Below are positions 56,380 through 64,000 of a stretch of DNA of 64,000 nt, piece by piece. The notes under the pieces are model-generated. The model had not been told where the DNA came from. It did not search any database and saw nothing but the letters and a program-made list of their open reading frames with translations. How positions within the stretch are numbered: position 1 is the first letter of the stretch; the number at the start of each line of letters is the position of its first letter. A program made the position numbers and the translations under genes. Where the stretch lies: the IMG/VR virus record IMGVR_UViG_3300037104_000796, positions 32,001 to 96,000 of that record; one strand, 5' to 3'. The stretch is from a virus.

Positions 56380-56856
56380 CTAAAACAGTCTCTTTGTTTT
56401 TATTCGTTTTGACAATCCGTATTTTTGGTTTAATTCTCTTAGTAAACCTTCTTTGTCCAAAACTCCAACTTCTGAATATAGCTGGTCATAATTAACTTGG
56501 AAAAATTCAGCAAACGCTATAAATATTTCCATGTTTGTATACTTTTTTTGTTCTAATAATTTTTGTTTGAAATAATAATACATTTTGATACGATCATTCC
56601 CATCTGCTCTTTTTGGCTTCTTATATTTTTCAAAATAAGGTGAAGCTTCAAAGATTGCATACATTTCGTCATCTAACATTTTTAACGTTCGATTTTCGAT
56701 AATGTTTTCTCCTAATTGGTCTTCATATAAAGCTAAGACACTATCATGAACTTTCATTACGCCACCAAAGTCTTCGTATGTTTGTTCACCTTGATTGTAA
56801 GAATTGTTAATGATCTTATCTTCTTTATGTTCAGCCGGGTCTTTTTTAAAATTCAT
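56380..56856 (-). CDS. Hypothetical protein; C-terminus resembles late coactivator gp33
   Basis: MEIFIAFAEFFQVNYDQL...KEGLLRELNQKYGL pattern; resemblance judged by eye only. Confidence 0.45.
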   Translation of the reverse strand: MNFKKDPAEHKEDKIINNSYNQGEQTYEDFGGVMKVHDSVLALYEDQLGENIIENRTLKMLDDEMYAIFEASPYFEKYKKPKRADGNDRIKMYYYFKQKLLEQKKYTNMEIFIAFAEFFQVNYDQLYSEVGVLDKEGLLRELNQKYGLSKRIKTKRLF

Positions 56857-56868
56857 TTTTTAAGTTAT

Positions 56869-58362
56869 TTAAAATAAGTTATTTCCTGTTATATTTGTGA
56901 ATTCTGTAGTTAAATTTAAATCTCTTTCTTCCCCAAGTGGTTGTTCCAATATGGAAGTGTTTTTATTAATTGCTGTATGTATATCTATAGTAGTTGATTT
57001 TCCGAACTGTCCTCTTGGATTTTTATGTCCTGCCATTATTTGATTGATGAAGAATTCCATGTCCTGAATAGGTGAATTTCGATCTTCTTCAATTCTTGCA
57101 TATTTCCAATCTATTGTATATCGTTTTCGAGTATTTTCATATCCTGCAACTCTATTGGCCAAACACTTTAAGTAATATTCGCCTCTTGCTTTCATTTCAG
57201 CATTTGTTACAATACCGAATAAAATATCAACAGTATGTAATAAACCAGCAGATTCTGCAATTGAACCAAGTCCTAAGTCATTAGCTTCCCATCCACTTCT
57301 ATTCGTTTGTGTTACTGAAATAATAGCCCAGTTATTTTGCTGACCCATTGCTCTAATATCCTCAGAAATTTGTTTGATTTTTATGTAAGTGTTTTCACTA
57401 TTAGGATTTCTCCAATTCTTCATAATGTTGATATAATCGATAAAGATGTTATCGAATTTATATCCTAAAATTTCCTGTGCTTTTAACAAATAAGCTGTCA
57501 TATCATTTGCAGATGCAGTTGAAGAAGGAAATTCTTTAACATGTAATTCACCTAAAGGCTTTAAAGCATGTTGTCTTAAATGCGTAAGTTTTTGTTTAAC
57601 TAAAGGTTGATCTTTAACAAATTCATCATATTCATCTAATGGAACATTTAACATATTTGCTCCAATTCTCATATTCACAAGTTCTTCTTGCAATTCTAAT
57701 GTGATATAAGCTGTGTTATGTCCTTGCATTACCGATTTTGCTGCCATATTACACATCCACATTGATTTACCAGATTTTGGCATACCAAAGAGAACCATAA
57801 GTGATCCTTTCCAATAACCACCTTTAGTACACAAGTCAATATATTCATAACCTGTAGATGTACGAGCTAATCTCGTTTGTAAGTGAGAAGTGGGATCGAA
57901 GAAATTCTTTCCTAAATCAAAAGTAAAATCAACAACTGTTTCGCTAGATAACATATGCCTTACTTTTTCAACTACTTCACTGGCATTTTCGGCACTTACT
58001 TTTGTAGTTTTCATATAGGCGATCGCTTTTCGCATAACCATATCCAAGTTTCGAACTTGAATCCACGGGCCTACATTATTATCTAACCATTCATTACCAT
58101 ATTGCGTTAGAAGTTGTTTCGAATTATAAAGACCATCAACCATATCAATGTTAAACTTTTCACTTAATCCTTTCATTTGAATTAACTGAATCATTTGATC
58201 TTTTGAAGGAGGCTCTTTATATTGTAGAGAATACTCTTTAGCTATCTCGAATATTTCTCTAATGTTCTGATTTGTGAAAAAATCAGGTTTTGCAGTATTG
58301 AGAAATATTGCGTTGTCTAAGATGTAATGATAGAAGATTTGTTCCTGATACGCCGATATCAT
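56869..58362 (-). CDS. Replicative DnaB-like helicase (T4 gp41-like)
   Basis: STGY, Walker A GMPKSGKS, YITLEL, VKEFP, FIDYINIM, TQTNR, AESAGL..TVD. Confidence 0.93.
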   Translation of the reverse strand: MISAYQEQIFYHYILDNAIFLNTAKPDFFTNQNIREIFEIAKEYSLQYKEPPSKDQMIQLIQMKGLSEKFNIDMVDGLYNSKQLLTQYGNEWLDNNVGPWIQVRNLDMVMRKAIAYMKTTKVSAENASEVVEKVRHMLSSETVVDFTFDLGKNFFDPTSHLQTRLARTSTGYEYIDLCTKGGYWKGSLMVLFGMPKSGKSMWMCNMAAKSVMQGHNTAYITLELQEELVNMRIGANMLNVPLDEYDEFVKDQPLVKQKLTHLRQHALKPLGELHVKEFPSSTASANDMTAYLLKAQEILGYKFDNIFIDYINIMKNWRNPNSENTYIKIKQISEDIRAMGQQNNWAIISVTQTNRSGWEANDLGLGSIAESAGLLHTVDILFGIVTNAEMKARGEYYLKCLANRVAGYENTRKRYTIDWKYARIEEDRNSPIQDMEFFINQIMAGHKNPRGQFGKSTTIDIHTAINKNTSILEQPLGEERDLNLTTEFTNITGNNLF

Positions 58363-58445
58363 ATGAATATATATTATATTAGTTTACTTTTATATGATGA
58401 AAAAAATAAATAGATTTCGAATGAACTTTAAAAAACTGTTAAATT

Positions 58446-59345
58446 ATGAAATGCCAAGAATGTAATAAAGAAGTAAAAAATTTAAAAGCTTTATCCACCC
58501 ATATTCAATTTAAACACGGAAATAATAAAAAGGAATATTATGACAAATGGTTAAAAACGAGTAAAGAAGGATTTTGCAAAATGTGTGGAAAACCAACCGA
58601 ATTTTATATTCTAAATTATGGATATAAAGTATATTGTTCTAATAAATGTATGAGCGACGATTATGTTAAAGAAAAAACTCTGCATAATCCGATGCATACT
58701 AATTCTGCTAAATTAAATCAACGAAATACAAATTTAAAACGATATAATGTAACACAAAATACAAAACGACCTGAAATTAAGCAGCAAATAATTGATACAA
58801 ATAAAAAATTATATGGTGTTAACAATGTTTCTCAAGATCCAACTATAAAAGCAAAAGCTTTAAAATCAAGAGAGGATACGAATATGAAAAATCATGGTGT
58901 TAAAAGTAGTTTTTCTGTTCCGTACGTTCGAACTAAAATTAAAAGAGCACTTATGTTAAATCATGGAGTTGAAAATCCTATGCAAAATCAAGAAATATTT
59001 AACAAATCGCAAAAAACTCGTTTTCTTTTACATAAATTTAAAAATAAAGATTTATATTATCAAGGTTCATATGAATTACATTTTTTAGAAACATTTTTTG
59101 ATAAATTTCCAGATATTACTAGAGGCCCTTCTATTAAATATGTGTTTAATAATAAAATTAAAATACATCATCCAGATTTTTATATTCCAAGTTTAAATTT
59201 GATTATTGAAATTAAAAATTCATATTTATATAAAAAATATTATGATTCTATTAAAGCTAAAGAAAAAGGCGCTCTAAAAGTCGGATATAAATACATAATT
59301 ATTGTAGAAAAAAATTATGATAAATTTTTAGATTCAATTAATTGA
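58446..59345 (+). CDS. Putative homing endonuclease: C2H2 finger, YGV.N repeats, PD-(D/E)XK C-terminus
   Basis: CQEC...LSTHIQFKH; YGVNNVSQ/HGVENPMQ; HHPDFYIPSLNLIIEIK. Confidence 0.78.
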   Translation: MKCQECNKEVKNLKALSTHIQFKHGNNKKEYYDKWLKTSKEGFCKMCGKPTEFYILNYGYKVYCSNKCMSDDYVKEKTLHNPMHTNSAKLNQRNTNLKRYNVTQNTKRPEIKQQIIDTNKKLYGVNNVSQDPTIKAKALKSREDTNMKNHGVKSSFSVPYVRTKIKRALMLNHGVENPMQNQEIFNKSQKTRFLLHKFKNKDLYYQGSYELHFLETFFDKFPDITRGPSIKYVFNNKIKIHHPDFYIPSLNLIIEIKNSYLYKKYYDSIKAKEKGALKVGYKYIIIVEKNYDKFLDSIN

Positions 59346-59575
59346 GTTAATGCTTTTTCTAATAGTATTGCTTTTCTGCCCTGTTTCCACGCTATATTAA
59401 TAATCATATCAATATCTACATCACCATTATTAAATTGTTTCCTGATATGTTCTTTCCAATGTTCACCGAATTGTGCAGTAACAAATGGTTTCTCGGCTTT
59501 TTTATCTATTTCTTCAATAAGTTCTTCAGTATTCATTTTTATAAGTGTTTTATTTGTTATATTCATTTTTCCCAT
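59315..59575 (-). CDS. Hypothetical protein (start uncertain)
   Basis: Short ORF on the local coding strand. Confidence 0.55.
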   Translation of the reverse strand: MGKMNITNKTLIKMNTEELIEEIDKKAEKPFVTAQFGEHWKEHIRKQFNNGDVDIDMIINIAWKQGRKAILLEKALTQLIESKNLS

Positions 59576-59838
59576 AAATGTTTACTTACTTTGTAACTCG
59601 AATATTTTCCTTTTTCTAAATATCCTAACTTAACCAATTCGTCAAGATCATCAGATAAAAAAGATGATAGTCTTACACGAGTTTTCATAAAAGCTTCATG
59701 TGTTTTGAATTCATCGTCATATCTTCTTTCAGAATCTAAAAAGGAAACGATTTCAAATAAGAGGTCTATAAGTGTTGGATTTTCAATTATCCCAATAAGA
59801 TTTTTGATTTTTACAACATTGTGATTTACGGGCTTCAT
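59563..59838 (-). CDS. Hypothetical protein, winged-helix-like
   Basis: LDELVKLGYLEK...SYKV wing pattern. Confidence 0.55.
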   Translation of the reverse strand: MKPVNHNVVKIKNLIGIIENPTLIDLLFEIVSFLDSERRYDDEFKTHEAFMKTRVRLSSFLSDDLDELVKLGYLEKGKYSSYKVSKHLWEK

Positions 59839-59854
59839 GTTTAAGTGGTTTAGA

Positions 59855-59895
59855 TTTATAATGAAAAAAAGGTCTATAGTTTTGCTACAGACCTT
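59855..59895 (-). promoter_or_regulatory. Fused terminator/promoter (AAAACT-N17-TATAAA) after uvsX
   Basis: Hairpin AGGTCT.TAG...CTA.AGACCT plus T7; -35 at 59878-59883, -10 at 59855-59860. Confidence 0.7.
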
Positions 59896-59916
59896 TAATA
59901 AAATGTTAAAAAATGA

Positions 59917-61275
59917 TTATATCTCGTAGGGAGTAGGTTCTTCACTAAATTCTCCAAAATCTTCAACACCATTATCATCACCAATGTTAATATCTCCCAT
60001 TTCAGCGTCATCCATAAGATCACCTGTAACTTCAGCTAAATCTTCAAGAGATTCGATACTTGGAAGCATAAAAGTCTTCTTGATAATATTATCATCTAAC
60101 AAATGAAGAACTTCTTCAGTAAATACTTTTGGTGTATATAGTTCAGCTATAGGAACTTCTCCGTGTAAATGTTCACAAACTAATTTACGAGCAGTATCTT
60201 TAGATTGAGCATATCGAGTTCCATCATCTCCAATTTTTAATCCTTCTTGGGGAATTAAAAAATCACGGCATTTCTTTTGTTCTGCCGCAGGAAGTTTATT
60301 GAATTCTTTTGGAGTTATCATATTTCCTCTTACTATTCCGCATGTGTCCCAATTTACGAATTTTTCAAGTCCTACGTAAGGATTTGGTTTTTTGTAGAAT
60401 GGAATATGAATTTGAACTTTAATAGGACGTGCAAATCTTTGTTTGAAAGGATGAACTGTAACAACAATACCAACTTTAGTGTATTTGTCAAGTCCTTGAT
60501 TTTTTACATGTTCTTCTGAATCTTTATCAGAAAGTTTGGATTTTGAAAGAACAAAAATAATTGATGAATTGTATTTTGTACCACCTCCACCAGAAATTTC
60601 ATCGCCAGGTCTAAATCCGCCAATAGCTGCATATACGTGATTGCATATAATAAATGGAATGCCATTCTTAGCAAAATCAGTTCCGATAACTCTAAACATT
60701 CTACGAATAGATTGTTGTTTAGTCATATCACGCTTTCCAGAACCTGCCGTTGTGTCTTCTTTTTCTTTCGTTGAAGATAAATTTCCAAGAGAATCAAGAA
60801 CTACCATAATTTTTGGAGGAGTTTTTCCCTGTCCTCTTATAGTTGCAATTGTTTCATTTAACTTAGCAGCTAAAGTAGCAAATTCTTCAATTGTGTTAAC
60901 ATTTTCAATACGAAATTTTGTGGTGTCAATTCCAAGACGTTTAACAAAGTCAACGTCAATTGAACCTTCTGAATCATAATAGATCGGAAAATAATCCATT
61001 GCTTGCGCACTTCTAACAATAGAACACGCAAGATATGTTTTTCCTGTTCCTTCTTGTCCTGCAAACATTAATGATCTTCGATTCGGCATACCACCAAATA
61101 ATGATCCGCTTAGTGCAGCGTTAAGAATGTACGAACCTGTGGGAATCCACTCATCGATTTTTGCATAAATACTATCCTCTATGATTGCTCCGTCTGGGGA
61201 GAATTTGCTCAACATATCATTGAGTTCACTGAATGAGGATTTTTGAGACTTTTCTGTAGATACTCGTTTGGCCAT
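59917..61275 (-). CDS. uvsX: RecA-like recombinase (T4 UvsX-like)
   Basis: IPTGSYILNAALSGS, AGQEGTGKT, YYDSEGS, VLDSLGNL, RDMTK, NHVY, SGGGG. Confidence 0.93.
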   Translation of the reverse strand: MAKRVSTEKSQKSSFSELNDMLSKFSPDGAIIEDSIYAKIDEWIPTGSYILNAALSGSLFGGMPNRRSLMFAGQEGTGKTYLACSIVRSAQAMDYFPIYYDSEGSIDVDFVKRLGIDTTKFRIENVNTIEEFATLAAKLNETIATIRGQGKTPPKIMVVLDSLGNLSSTKEKEDTTAGSGKRDMTKQQSIRRMFRVIGTDFAKNGIPFIICNHVYAAIGGFRPGDEISGGGGTKYNSSIIFVLSKSKLSDKDSEEHVKNQGLDKYTKVGIVVTVHPFKQRFARPIKVQIHIPFYKKPNPYVGLEKFVNWDTCGIVRGNMITPKEFNKLPAAEQKKCRDFLIPQEGLKIGDDGTRYAQSKDTARKLVCEHLHGEVPIAELYTPKVFTEEVLHLLDDNIIKKTFMLPSIESLEDLAEVTGDLMDDAEMGDINIGDDNGVEDFGEFSEEPTPYEI

Positions 61276-61295
61276 AATTTAATATTTTCTTTATT

Positions 61296-61324
61296 ATTCT
61301 ATTAAATTATAGCCAAAAAGTTTT
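61296..61324 (-). promoter_or_regulatory. AAAACT-N17-TAGAAT promoter for uvsX
   Basis: -35 at 61319-61324, -10 at 61296-61301. Confidence 0.6.
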
Positions 61325-61349
61325 AACAATGTGTATAATAATTTGACAA

Positions 61350-62225
61350 TTATGCCATACCTGTATTCTTTAATTTTTGTGCCATTTTGTAAGGTTGATC
61401 TTGACTATAATCAGTTTTGATAGCATCGTAAGCTTGTACAAGTTGTTGTAATCCTGAAATATTTATGCCAGCAACTAATTTTTTTCCAATTTCTTCTTTA
61501 CTAATATTGAATGAATATCCTCTTTTTATATCTGCGATAACATTTTCTAATGCTTTATCAAGAGTAGCACCCATTTGTGTTTTTATTTTATCAATTTCTA
61601 TTACAAGTTTTTTATCTAATACAGGTTTTTTCAAATCGCCATATTTTTTAGCTCTTGCTTTTTGTGCAACTGAAGGAATTGGATCACCCCATTGTGGTTT
61701 GTTTGTTTGTAACGGGTCTACTTTTTGTCTTTCTGTACCTCTTTGTAATGATAATTCCTGACGTTCTGCATCTTTTGAAATAGCTTCGACCGTTAAATCT
61801 TCAAAATCTTGATTCTGCATCATTTTATCGATAATATCAATGATTTGATTCATATCGAAAAAATCATTAGTAACTGATCTACGTCTTCTTCTCCCTGCAT
61901 AAAATTGTTCACCTTTAGCTTCAAATTTTCCTTTTCCGGGTGTAACTTCAAAAATACGAAATTTATTTCTTTTATCGTCATGAGGCGCAATCATAAAAAT
62001 TGGTTCGCCATCTTTTTTTCCAATAACAGCTATATTAGTTGCATCTTTTAAAGCTTTCTTTATCGTGTTAGGATCGAATTTCTTTAATGGGGTGATTGTA
62101 CTATTTTCTCCGGCATAATCATAACCATATCCATGTCCTTTGCCATAGCGATATGCTAAATATGTAATCCAGTGTTTTGGCAAACCCTTAAATACCGTGG
62201 CTTCATTAATATTTTGAATATTCAT
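61350..62225 (-). CDS. Hypothetical basic protein with short leader (MNIQNINE)
   Basis: I-N-E leader; RRRRR patch; co-transcribed with tagged genes. Confidence 0.7.
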   Translation of the reverse strand: MNIQNINEATVFKGLPKHWITYLAYRYGKGHGYGYDYAGENSTITPLKKFDPNTIKKALKDATNIAVIGKKDGEPIFMIAPHDDKRNKFRIFEVTPGKGKFEAKGEQFYAGRRRRRSVTNDFFDMNQIIDIIDKMMQNQDFEDLTVEAISKDAERQELSLQRGTERQKVDPLQTNKPQWGDPIPSVAQKARAKKYGDLKKPVLDKKLVIEIDKIKTQMGATLDKALENVIADIKRGYSFNISKEEIGKKLVAGINISGLQQLVQAYDAIKTDYSQDQPYKMAQKLKNTGMA

Positions 62226-62234
62226 TTATATGAA

Positions 62235-62924
62235 TTATTTTACGAATTGACGAAATGGAAATTTAACATAATATGTGCCATAGTTTTTGTATAAACTTAC
62301 ACCATTATTTCTTGCAGTTGTTGCTATTCTTGACATTGTACTACCCAAATATCTTTTATTATAGCCGGTAACATTCTCGGGTCCTCCTGAAGTATAGCCA
62401 CTATAACTTGCTCCTTCAACATGAGGAATATCAACGAATAAACCTTCATTACTCTCATAAGGATATGGCGACATAGTACTTATACGTACATCCATTCCAA
62501 AAACTCTTTTCATATGTTTAACAAACTTTTCTGCGAAAGGCATTACAATTGCTCTTTTTCTATCGAGTTCGGCTTCGTATTTTGCTTTATCATCAGCAAC
62601 TTTTTCTTTTTTAACGCTGCCGGCTTCTTCATGTCCTAACGATACTGCTTTTTCAAGAAATATCTGAGCAACTCTTGAATCTTTACCTGCAATTTGTGCA
62701 GCAGCTAAATAACGACGATAGGCTTTTTCTTTATCTTTGATTAACTTACACATCGTTTCAGCTAGATCAGTAGCAGAAACATGTCTTTTCTGTTGAGCTT
62801 TTGTAAAAATATCATTAACTCTTTGGATATCTTTAGCATCAGGTTTTTGTCCAATACCTAAATCATGAATAGGATCTGAATCTTCTACAAATTTTTCATA
62901 CAATTGTTCTCTTACTAATTTCAC
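62235..62924 (-). CDS. Tagged-family protein, paralog of 62934 with extra C-terminal domain (GTG start)
   Basis: MKLVREQLYE-KFVEDSDPIHDLGIG; LAETMCKLIKDKEKAYRRYLAAA. Confidence 0.8.
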   Translation of the reverse strand: MKLVREQLYEKFVEDSDPIHDLGIGQKPDAKDIQRVNDIFTKAQQKRHVSATDLAETMCKLIKDKEKAYRRYLAAAQIAGKDSRVAQIFLEKAVSLGHEEAGSVKKEKVADDKAKYEAELDRKRAIVMPFAEKFVKHMKRVFGMDVRISTMSPYPYESNEGLFVDIPHVEGASYSGYTSGGPENVTGYNKRYLGSTMSRIATTARNNGVSLYKNYGTYYVKFPFRQFVK

Positions 62925-62933
62925 AATCTTGAA

Positions 62934-63278
62934 TTATTTTATACCAGCAAGTTCGCCAGCTCTTTTAAGAAATACTCTTGTTACGTCCCAATGCTCGCCT
63001 CCAATCTTGGCAGCTGCAACATAACGTCTATATGCTTTTTTAGGGTCTTGAATTAATTTGCCCATGGTGGTTGCTAGTGAAATTTCTTTTTTAGAATTTC
63101 CTCCGGCTTTTGAAACAATAGCTTCGACACGCATTCTATCTTTTGGTTCAGGACTGACCCATCGATATTTTTTTTGTAATTCGTCTCTGTATTTTGGTAA
63201 TAGGCCGATGCCTAAATCCATGATAGGATCACTTTCTTCTGAAAACTTTTCGTATAACGATTCTTTTACAAGTTTCAC
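62934..63278 (-). CDS. Tagged-family protein (GTG start)
   Basis: MKLVKESLYE-KFSEESDPIMDLGIG; LATTMGKLIQDPKKAYRRYVAAA. Confidence 0.8.
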   Translation of the reverse strand: MKLVKESLYEKFSEESDPIMDLGIGLLPKYRDELQKKYRWVSPEPKDRMRVEAIVSKAGGNSKKEISLATTMGKLIQDPKKAYRRYVAAAKIGGEHWDVTRVFLKRAGELAGIK

Positions 63279-63288
63279 TTCATTGACA

Positions 63289-63693
63289 TTATTTTAGATT
63301 GACTAATAGTCGCTTTAATCTCCAAAAGATTCGCTTTTCAGCGTCTTCTTTTGTTAAAAATCCAGCCCAATCTATTTCGTCTTTTTGTAACTTGTCTTTG
63401 TCAATTTGTATTTGCTCGTTTAAAATTATGATATAAAAATAAACTTTTTTGTATATGTTGCCTTTTGGATCTGTATAACTTATATATCCTTCTGTAGTAG
63501 GATCAATTTGGTCAGCAGAAAATTCGATTCCTATTTCTTCTTTTGTTTCTCTTAAAGCTGCGGTAATTTTGTCTTCACCTTCTTCGATGTGGCCTTTTGG
63601 AATACTGTACGTATCATACCACTTTTGTCCTTTAGGATGTTCTAAAAGAATTTTATTGTCATAGATAATGACTAAACCTGCAGACTCAACCAT
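63289..63693 (-). CDS. Nudix hydrolase (likely start MVESAG at 63693)
   Basis: Nudix box PKGHIEEGEDKITAALRETKEEIG. Confidence 0.9.
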   Translation of the reverse strand: MVESAGLVIIYDNKILLEHPKGQKWYDTYSIPKGHIEEGEDKITAALRETKEEIGIEFSADQIDPTTEGYISYTDPKGNIYKKVYFYIIILNEQIQIDKDKLQKDEIDWAGFLTKEDAEKRIFWRLKRLLVNLK

Positions 63694-63694
63694 G

Positions 63695-63967
63695 TTAAAA
63701 AGTAGCAATCCAAACTTTATTAAAGTCAGCCCAATCATAAAGTTGTTGCCAAACAAAATCAAATTCATCTTCATCAGTTGTGCCTTCAAGATCATTTAGC
63801 ATATCTTCATAATCCATAGCTTCATCTTCATCAACTTTTTCTGTAACTTCGTCTTGTTTTGCTTTTAAAGCAGGAATTAATTCTGAAATAAAGCTTTCAA
63901 AATCATTATCGTCTTCATATTTTTGCCAAATTTCAGACACATCAATTTTAAATTTCCAATTTGCCAT
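63695..63967 (-). CDS. Small very acidic hypothetical protein
   Basis: D/E-rich with aromatic residues; late motif at 63982-63991. Confidence 0.75.
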   Translation of the reverse strand: MANWKFKIDVSEIWQKYEDDNDFESFISELIPALKAKQDEVTEKVDEDEAMDYEDMLNDLEGTTDEDEFDFVWQQLYDWADFNKVWIATF

Positions 63968-64000
63968 AATAAAGTTTTATTTTATTTATTCAACATCGAT

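Noticed and set aside
56869-61275. Inteins in gp41 helicase or UvsX
   Set aside because: Lengths are ordinary, the conserved motifs are contiguous, and I saw no intein splice-junction or LAGLIDADG blocks.
63694-63795. N-terminal extension of the Nudix ORF
   Set aside because: It overlaps the upstream acidic gene; the Nudix fold begins at MVESAG right after that gene's stop.
1-64000. Alternative genetic code (stop-codon reassignment as in some large phages)
   Set aside because: Core genes (sheath, portal, gp41, UvsX, gp46/47, ThyA) are full length and densely packed under the standard code, and TAG and TGA both occur at plausible gene ends.
1-64000. Diversity-generating retroelement or retron behind the module diversity
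   Set aside because: No reverse transcriptase and no near-identical template/variable repeat pair were seen in this window.

Overview
AT-rich, gene-dense segment of a large T4-related myovirus (jumbo-phage-like) genome, read in the standard code. It has no obvious Shine-Dalgarno signals, which weakly suggests a Bacteroidota-type host. Recognisable genes cover the tail (sheath, tube, gp26/gp51-like hub proteins, tape-measure-like, gp15-like) and head (portal gp20, gp2-like, gp4-like). Others cover transcription (gp55-like late sigma, an ECF-type sigma), replication and recombination (gp41 helicase, UvsX, gp46/gp47, DinG-like helicase, exonuclease) and nucleotide metabolism (thyA, tmk, NDT-like, Nudix). 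There is also a MoxR/vWA pair and about 13 free-standing homing endonucleases. Five less expected features stand out. (1) A peptide tag, [LVIM]xE|KFxx[ED]xDP[IV]xDM[GKN]IG, occurs 16 times in 8 ORFs, including 8 times at about 120-aa spacing in one 913-aa ORF. This looks like a protease-processed polyprotein of shuffled, capsid-packaged cargo modules. (2) A circularly permuted (two-piece) tmRNA gene with tag (A)DNTVYEMKMAA. (3) A repeated AAAACT-N17-TATAAW promoter, often built into terminator hairpins and plausibly read by the phage ECF sigma. (4) D-x-S tripeptides are enriched in virion-surface proteins, and a glycosyltransferase is present. (5) A GIY-YIG gene carries a duplicated thyA N-terminus. 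All functional calls come from motif recognition by eye; no database searches were run.
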